Origin: a virus
DNA length: 64,000 bases
Strand: one strand, 5' to 3'
Virus record (IMG/VR): IMGVR_UViG_3300047483_000490
Coordinates: 1 to 64,000 of that record
The notes beneath the pieces were generated by a model that saw only the letters and a list, made by a program, of their open reading frames with translations, did no database searches and had not been told where the DNA came from. Both the position numbers and the translations under genes were made by a program. Positions 58,110 to 64,000 of the stretch are shown here, in pieces (position 1 is the stretch's first letter; the number at the start of each line of letters is the position of its first letter).

Positions 58110-58250
58110 AGGTTTCTTACAGCAATTAAAATTCTATAGGAACTGGTATCGAAAGATGTGTAGGTTCGAGTCCTACCTCTCCAACAAATTTTAAAATAAT
58201 TGGAGAGTGGTGAAATTGGTAGACACGCTAGTCAGAAAAAACAGAAACCT
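58110..58250 (+). ncRNA. CAGCAA-motif RNA D carrying circularly permuted tRNA-Leu(UAG)
   Basis: aggtttct/agaaacct helix; order variable arm, T arm, acceptor hairpin, D arm. Confidence 0.8.
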
Positions 58251-58260
58251 GAAAATTATT

Positions 58261-58319
58261 GGAATACCTACAGCAAGCTTACCAAACTTTGACTTTTACT
58301 CAAACCAAATGCGTATTCC
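58261..58319 (+). ncRNA. CAGCAA-motif RNA E carrying tRNA-Lys(UUU)-like anticodon stem-loop
   Basis: ggaatac/gtattcc helix; tttga-cttttac-tcaaa. Confidence 0.7.
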
Positions 58320-58336
58320 GTTAAATTATTTTATAA

Positions 58337-58471
58337 AGGATGGTTCCAGCAACACATACAAATTAGGCTGTTAACCTCGTGGTCGTCGGTTCGAACCCGG
58401 CCTTTGAACACCGCCTTAAGTGGCACGTTCAGAGTAGCTCAGTTGGTAGAGCACGTACAAAAGCCCATCCT
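58337..58471 (+). ncRNA. CAGCAA-motif RNA F carrying circularly permuted tRNA-Asn(GUU)
   Basis: aggatgg/ccatcct helix; agg-ctgttaa-cct, T arm, acceptor hairpin, D arm. Confidence 0.8.
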
Positions 58472-58559
58472 GATAAATTAAAAGTGTGTCTTGGTCCGCT
58501 CTGGCGAAAGTTAACGACAAGGTCCCGGTTGGCAGAAGGCCTCTGATCCAACCCAAAAC

Positions 58560-58634
58560 GCAGCAATGGTATAACGGTTATCACACCGCCTTGCCAAGGC
58601 GGATATCGCAGTTCGATTCTGCGTTGCTGCTCCA
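58560..58634 (+). tRNA. tRNA-Gly(GCC)
   Basis: ccgcc-ttgccaa-ggcgg, U73, CCA. Confidence 0.93.
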
Positions 58635-58827
58635 GTAGATTTTTTAGCGTGGCGTGGATTCAGCAGACTTGTTAAATCTTAAAAGAAACAAGATAAGGTA
58701 ATAAGAATCAAGTTTGACAGTGATTATCTTTGAACAACTGTACTGCTTTGGTGATCGATCGCCCGTTCCCAGTATCGAATGAAAACTCGTAAGGCAAGAT
58801 GCAAAACTGTAGCGCATCACCAAAGTT

Positions 58828-58865
58828 AAAAGGGAACCCGTGCACATGGTTCCCTTTTCTTTTTT
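58828..58865 (+). terminator. intrinsic terminator
   Basis: aaaagggaacc...ggttccctttt + U tract. Confidence 0.8.
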
Positions 58866-58915
58866 AGATGAAACAAATTGACTTAAATAAATATAACAAC
58901 TAAAATATATTTTAT

Positions 58916-59371
58916 ATGCTTAACATTTTCTCATATTGGTACAACTTTCTTAGAGAGTTAAGACTACTTTACAAATACCGCAAAGCTGCATTATCTTTAA
59001 AAACTGAATTAGAATCAGAAGGTTTAAGAGTTGATAATTTAGGTAGAATCTACACAGTTATCAATCTAAAAGAAGAGTTGTTAGCTCAACCAGAATTGAT
59101 GCAGCAATCATATGTTTTAGGTCAATTAGGTCCTTTAACAAACATCTTAATGAAATACGGAATGGCTGATAGTTCATTTCCTGAAATTGAAAAAATCGAA
59201 GGTTCTGCTTCTTATTTGATCATTCTTTGGCCAGAAAGAGATTACGTAGACGTCGGTGAATTTATTACAAGTACAGCTATAACAGTTATTGTAGCATGCG
59301 TTACTTGGTTAGCATTTAAATTTGTACCTTGGGCTTGGGTAATAGCATCAGTACAACAATTTACTGCTTAA
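58916..59371 (+). CDS. hypothetical membrane protein
   Basis: LRVD.LGRIYTVINL; C-terminal TM. Confidence 0.65.
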   Translation: MLNIFSYWYNFLRELRLLYKYRKAALSLKTELESEGLRVDNLGRIYTVINLKEELLAQPELMQQSYVLGQLGPLTNILMKYGMADSSFPEIEKIEGSASYLIILWPERDYVDVGEFITSTAITVIVACVTWLAFKFVPWAWVIASVQQFTA

Positions 59372-60105
59372 TGAAAGAAAAGATTAAAAGAGTTGAGATT
59401 GATGGCATTAGACATTATCAAGTCAGTCAAGGCTCTAAAATTCTAGGCACATTTCCTTCAGTGACCGCTATTCTTGGTCAAACATCCGATAAATCAGGTT
59501 TAGACAAATGGAAAGCCAAGGTTGGCGAAGAAGAAGCCAATCGCATTTCTACCAATTCCATGAATAGAGGTACAGTCATGCACCGACTAATTGAGCTTTA
59601 TAAACCACTTAAAGGTTCTAAAGAAGACAAATTAGCCATGTTAAAAACACTGATGTTAAACGATAAAGAAATCACAGACTTTGAGCAAACTTATATAGAT
59701 CAAGGCTTTGAATTCTTTATGAAGTTCTACAACAATTCAAGTTACTTTTTTGATAGAGTTAAAAAGGTTTTAGCCGCAGAAAAATTCTTGTGGTCAGTTA
59801 AAGCCGGTGGATATGCAGGCACGGTCGATAATGTGTCAGAGATGATGGATGAAACAATTATAGTTATCGACTATAAAAATTCTAGAAAGCCAAAAGAAGA
59901 ACGATGGATCCAAGACTATTTCATACAAGCTTCAGCTTATGTAGTAGCTTATTGGGAAAGAACAGGAATTAGACCCAGAGGCGTAGAAATTTGGATAGCT
60001 AATGAATTAGATCTAAATCCACAAATATTTAAATTAAGCGAATCAGATATTAAAATTTATTTTAAACTGTTCCAAGAAAGATTAACGGCATTTAAACAAC
60101 TTTAA
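59371..60105 (+). CDS. PD-(D/E)XK exonuclease (Cas4/RecB-like)
   Basis: PSVT.IL, RGT.MH, AGTVD, IDYK, Y.IQ.SAY. Confidence 0.85.
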   Translation: MKEKIKRVEIDGIRHYQVSQGSKILGTFPSVTAILGQTSDKSGLDKWKAKVGEEEANRISTNSMNRGTVMHRLIELYKPLKGSKEDKLAMLKTLMLNDKEITDFEQTYIDQGFEFFMKFYNNSSYFFDRVKKVLAAEKFLWSVKAGGYAGTVDNVSEMMDETIIVIDYKNSRKPKEERWIQDYFIQASAYVVAYWERTGIRPRGVEIWIANELDLNPQIFKLSESDIKIYFKLFQERLTAFKQL

Positions 60106-60138
60106 TCAAATATATACAAAAAAATAAAAAATCTAATC

Positions 60139-60411
60139 ATGGATAAATTAAACAATTTTTTAGCCAAACATGGCATTAAGGTAATTATCGTTTTATTGTT
60201 TTTAACGTATGTGAAATCTTGTAGCATTGACTCAGAATTAACTAAAGTTAAAAAACACTTAACAGTTATTGATTCTCTACCTACTCAAAAACAACTTCAA
60301 ATTGAAGGTTTGAAAGCAGAAAAAAGAATGATTCAAGCAACTGACAGAAAAATGTTAGATGTACAACGTCAAACTGAAATCGACGCAGAGATAAAAAAAC
60401 TAGAAAAATAA
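60139..60411 (+). CDS. hypothetical membrane/lipoprotein
   Basis: Hydrophobic segment then KSC, coiled coil. Confidence 0.6.
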   Translation: MDKLNNFLAKHGIKVIIVLLFLTYVKSCSIDSELTKVKKHLTVIDSLPTQKQLQIEGLKAEKRMIQATDRKMLDVQRQTEIDAEIKKLEK

Positions 60412-60617
60412 TGCCAATTGAAGAAAAATCTGAAGGGTTTGGTGACACTGTAGCAAAGTTCACAAAAGCTACGGGTTTGGATAAAGTTGCCAAAAAGGTT
60501 GCAAATGCATTAGGTGCAGAAGATTGTGGATGTGCTGAAAGGCAAAAAGATTGGAATGCAATGTGGCCTTATAGTAAAAAAAATACACAAGACAATGACA
60601 CAACAAACTTTGGTTAA
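60411..60617 (+). CDS. conserved small phage protein
   Basis: GFGDTVAK.TKATG...DCGC..R motif. Confidence 0.65.
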   Translation: MPIEEKSEGFGDTVAKFTKATGLDKVAKKVANALGAEDCGCAERQKDWNAMWPYSKKNTQDNDTTNFG

Positions 60618-60676
60618 TAGATTTGTTTAAATTTTATGTTTGTCTACTTTTGCATAATTATTAAGATATATATAAT

Positions 60677-61453
60677 ATGCAAATCTATAAAATAACAAAT
60701 ATGGTCAATGGTAAGATATACATTGGCAAAAATTCAACAAGTAGATCGGATTACATGGGATCAGGCGTCATTTTAAATGAAGCTAAACTAAAATATGGAA
60801 TTAAAAATTTTAGAAAAGACATTGTAGAAGATAATATTGAAGATGTTAAAACTTTAAATGATCGTGAAATATATTGGATCAATTATTACAATTCACAAGA
60901 TAGAAGTATTGGTTATAATAGAACAGAAGGTGGTGATGGAAATAATGGAAAATGGAATGGAGATTCATTGACCGAAGATCATAAAGCTAATATTGGTAAA
61001 GCCATGAAAGGTAGAGAAATCACGTGGAAAGAAAAACTAAGTGAAGCAAGAAAAAATTCAGATTCTGTTAAAGATTTATATAAAAATGAAGAATGGAGGT
61101 CTAAGATTTCAAATTCTCTCAAGGATATTAAGAAAACTGAAGAACATATAAAAAATGTAAAAAATTCTATGCTTAATTCAGATAAACTTAAAGAGTCCAG
61201 GTCTTCTAATGAATTTAAAGAAAAATGTTCAATGTGGCAAAGAGGAAAGAAAAGAGATGATGAATATATGAAAAAATGGTTAGAAACCAAAAAAATAAAT
61301 ACTGCTAAAAGGGCCGAAATAGACAAAAAACGAGTACTAAATATTCTAAGTAAACATGATTGGAATATAAAAGAAGCTGCTATAGAATTAAAATGTCATC
61401 TTCAAACTCTTAAATCTAAAATTAAAAAATATAATTTAATAAATGAAAGATAA
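60677..61453 (+). CDS. GIY-YIG homing endonuclease
   Basis: IYKITN..NGKIYIG, YMGSG, RE.YWI, GYN.T.GG. Confidence 0.88.
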   Translation: MQIYKITNMVNGKIYIGKNSTSRSDYMGSGVILNEAKLKYGIKNFRKDIVEDNIEDVKTLNDREIYWINYYNSQDRSIGYNRTEGGDGNNGKWNGDSLTEDHKANIGKAMKGREITWKEKLSEARKNSDSVKDLYKNEEWRSKISNSLKDIKKTEEHIKNVKNSMLNSDKLKESRSSNEFKEKCSMWQRGKKRDDEYMKKWLETKKINTAKRAEIDKKRVLNILSKHDWNIKEAAIELKCHLQTLKSKIKKYNLINER

Positions 61454-62252
61454 ATTAGTTAAAAACTTCATAATTAGTGTATTCGCAATGTTATATATTG
61501 TTACATCATTAATATCAACAATACACGTTATTGATTTTTTCGAATTGTCAAATCCTAGATGGATGGCCATTTCTTTAGCAATTGCGTTTGAATTAGGAGC
61601 AGCAGCTTCTTTGGCATCTATAATAGCATTGGATAAGATGAACAAAACATTGATTTGGGCATTGTTTATTATTATTACAGCAATGCAGGTTCAAGGTAAT
61701 CTTTATTTCGCATTTAAAAATGCACAAGGCTATGATTCATGGGTTCAATTATTCAACTTAGTAGAAGAAGATCCTTTATATCAAAAGAGAATTTTATCTT
61801 TTGTTTCAGGTGCTATTTTACCTTTAGTTGCTTTGGGATTTATTAAGTCTTTAGTAGATTACATCAAACCTGAAAAAGAACAGAGTGCACCAATCGAAGA
61901 GCAAGTAGAATCTATGAGAAGAGTTGTAGATGCTCATGATACTTTGGTTGAAGAGATTCAAAAAAAAAGTAACGCCGACGTTTTAGAAGGACCAATAGGA
62001 GCTAATGGACCAGACGATTCTACTTTAAATGAGATCAATTCTGAAGAATCAGCTGAATCTATTTTAGGTTTAACGGTCGAAGAAGAACCTTCAATTGAAA
62101 CATACGCAAAAGTTATTAAAAACGAAGATGATCTAAACGAGTATTTAGCTAAGAGAAACGAAGTTAAAAGCGGATTGATTAACAAAAATACCGAGAAGAG
62201 AAACATTAAATCAGAAAACGATGCAAGACCAACAGGATTTACAGGAGCTTAA
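61443..62252 (+). CDS. multi-pass membrane protein with acidic tail
   Basis: Four hydrophobic segments. Confidence 0.7.
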   Translation: MKDKLVKNFIISVFAMLYIVTSLISTIHVIDFFELSNPRWMAISLAIAFELGAAASLASIIALDKMNKTLIWALFIIITAMQVQGNLYFAFKNAQGYDSWVQLFNLVEEDPLYQKRILSFVSGAILPLVALGFIKSLVDYIKPEKEQSAPIEEQVESMRRVVDAHDTLVEEIQKKSNADVLEGPIGANGPDDSTLNEINSEESAESILGLTVEEEPSIETYAKVIKNEDDLNEYLAKRNEVKSGLINKNTEKRNIKSENDARPTGFTGA

Positions 62253-62679
62253 TGTTCTAGAGAAAATTCAAGTTAACTTACCACCATTTTATTTAACAGA
62301 ATCGCTTGATTCAGATTCCTTGAAAAAGGTTTTAGAATCAAGCGATTCTGTTTACTATGGCTTACTTATTATAAAAAATGGATTTAAGCAATACTACGAT
62401 TTTGCTAGATTAGAAAATCCAGATCTGCAATTAACTGCCATGGTCAAAGTAGATTATGCAGTTATTGGTAAAGCAAAAGCACAAACTTGGTCTATTACTC
62501 ACCTTAAATCTTTATTATCTAGAAAGCCAAAATACAAAATCATATGTGCTCTTAAAGATTTAAAGTCAAATAAGTATGTTTATAGATTTAGTGAAACTAC
62601 CATCAAAGAAAAATCTGTTTACAAGCATATAGAAGATTGCTACACAGACCTACAAATCATTTTAGATTCTTTCGAATAA
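62221..62679 (+). CDS. hypothetical protein
   Basis: ORF track. Confidence 0.6.
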   Translation: MQDQQDLQELNVLEKIQVNLPPFYLTESLDSDSLKKVLESSDSVYYGLLIIKNGFKQYYDFARLENPDLQLTAMVKVDYAVIGKAKAQTWSITHLKSLLSRKPKYKIICALKDLKSNKYVYRFSETTIKEKSVYKHIEDCYTDLQIILDSFE

Positions 62680-62725
62680 ACAAAGCCCAGCTTTTTTATA
62701 TAAATAACATATAAATGTTATAACT

Positions 62726-64000
62726 ATGATAGGAATCTTTATTGATACGCTTGCGCTTGGAGACACAATTGCTGCAATTCCAGCCTGCAAAAAGATCGCA
62801 AAAGCTTATGATAATGAAGAGGTTCATATCATAACAAATCATCCATACTTATTTGAAGACCATCCTTCATTTTCACATATTTCTAGACCAGAATCAACCA
62901 ATCTAAATCACTTTCGTAAAGTACATCGAATGTTTATGCCACTTGTTGGTAAATCATATCAATTACATAACGGTGAAACTATAGAATGGAGATATTCTAA
63001 CATGGACATCCGACAATTTCATGCTGTATCACAGGGATTTGCCCTGACTGAACAAGAAATGGAAACTGATTTGTATATTGAAAGAAAACGTGAGCTGCCA
63101 GTCAGCTCCTATGTGATGATACATCCAACATATACTTGGGAATCAAGAACATGGGCTCAAGAAAAATGGCAAGCTTTGATAGACAAATTATTCGACGCAG
63201 GAATTCCAGTCGTGGCCATTGGTAGAAGTGGTAAAGAACAAGGTTTCTTTAACGTTGACAAGCCAGTGATGGATTTACATATTAGATATGGTGTTAATTT
63301 GTTAGATGATCCAGATAATGATGTAGCTGAATTAAGATGGATGATGAATAATCAAGCCATGTGCGTGGTTACAATGGACTCTGGCATTTTACACGTAGCT
63401 GGAACCACTGATGTTAACATTATTCAATTAGGTAGTTCAATCGATCCAAAATTAAGAGCACCATACAGACACGGATCTCAAGCTTACAAATATCAATATG
63501 TAAAAGGCTCTTGTGATTTGTTTTGTTCGTCTAACATGAAATACAATGTTAAAGTACATGGATCTATTCATGGAGTTCCACCTCAAGTTTATTGTTTAGA
63601 AGGAAAACCAACGTTTGAATGTCATCCTTCAGTTGATCAAGTATTCGAAAAAGTTTTATCACATTATAGAGTTAAAGCCAAAATCAAATTAGTTCATTTG
63701 TTATTAGAAGATGATTTAGATCAAGAAAGACAAGCAAAATCTATAGCTTCGATTTCAGAATTATCACGCATAGGAGTTGAGTATATTCAGGTTTGGAATA
63801 AGCGATGGACTGAAACACCACCAAGAGAAACTTTTACTCGACCAGATCAATACGACACTATACCGATTAGACCAGGACATTATGGTGCCTTTAGAGCTTT
63901 TGCTGATGCAACAATCGAACACTTCACGGAAGATACAGACTTTTTTATTGTTTGTGAAGGTGATGCTATGCTAGAAGTTGATTTAAAAGAAGCATTACAA
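62726..64000 (+). CDS. glycosyltransferase family 9 (heptosyltransferase-like), multidomain, 3' partial
   Basis: Manual ORF open to window end: LGD..AAIP, IHP....SRTW...KW, DSGILHVAG; second GT-like domain (HYGAF...CEGDA). Confidence 0.8.
   Translation, partial: MIGIFIDTLALGDTIAAIPACKKIAKAYDNEEVHIITNHPYLFEDHPSFSHISRPESTNLNHFRKVHRMFMPLVGKSYQLHNGETIEWRYSNMDIRQFHAVSQGFALTEQEMETDLYIERKRELPVSSYVMIHPTYTWESRTWAQEKWQALIDKLFDAGIPVVAIGRSGKEQGFFNVDKPVMDLHIRYGVNLLDDPDNDVAELRWMMNNQAMCVVTMDSGILHVAGTTDVNIIQLGSSIDPKLRAPYRHGSQAYKYQYVKGSCDLFCSSNMKYNVKVHGSIHGVPPQVYCLEGKPTFECHPSVDQVFEKVLSHYRVKAKIKLVHLLLEDDLDQERQAKSIASISELSRIGVEYIQVWNKRWTETPPRETFTRPDQYDTIPIRPGHYGAFRAFADATIEHFTEDTDFFIVCEGDAMLEVDLKEALQ

Noticed and set aside
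59371-60105. Cas4 as part of a CRISPR system
   Set aside because: Stand-alone PD-(D/E)XK exonuclease without Fe-S cysteines, other cas genes or an array.
1-64000. Stop-codon reassignment, as in some large Bacteroidota phages
   Set aside because: Conserved genes are full length in the standard code, TAG and TGA terminate genes, and no suppressor tRNA was seen.

Overview
AT-rich, gene-dense, almost entirely + strand segment of a very large (jumbo-type) bacteriophage genome, standard genetic code. The host is most likely a Bacteroidota bacterium (inference from TAnnTTTG-like promoters, A-rich SD-less leaders, an Hc1-like protein and Bacteroidota-style lipoproteins). The window holds 17 canonical or near-canonical tRNA genes, five free-standing homing endonucleases, nucleotide/DNA enzymes (ThyA, Gmk, Prs, DNA ligase, NEIL1-like glycosylase, exonucleases), an ECF sigma factor with a matching candidate promoter motif, a glycan-modification island, a Gly-X-Y repeat tail fibre, a Hint-domain protein and two lysins. 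The most striking signal is an RNA-centred system: a Ro60/TROVE-like vWA protein (DUF2828-type) directly followed by small RNAs with a terminal helix + CAGCAA motif. Further members of that RNA family carry circularly permuted tRNA-Leu and tRNA-Asn or an isolated tRNA-Lys anticodon stem-loop. Alongside are several tRNA scaffolds with replaced anticodon arms, a complete tRNA healing/sealing kit (CCA enzyme, kinase, phosphoesterases, HAD, RNA ligase) and a leader-peptide attenuator in front of the main tRNA operon. All protein calls are by motif recognition only; no searches were run.
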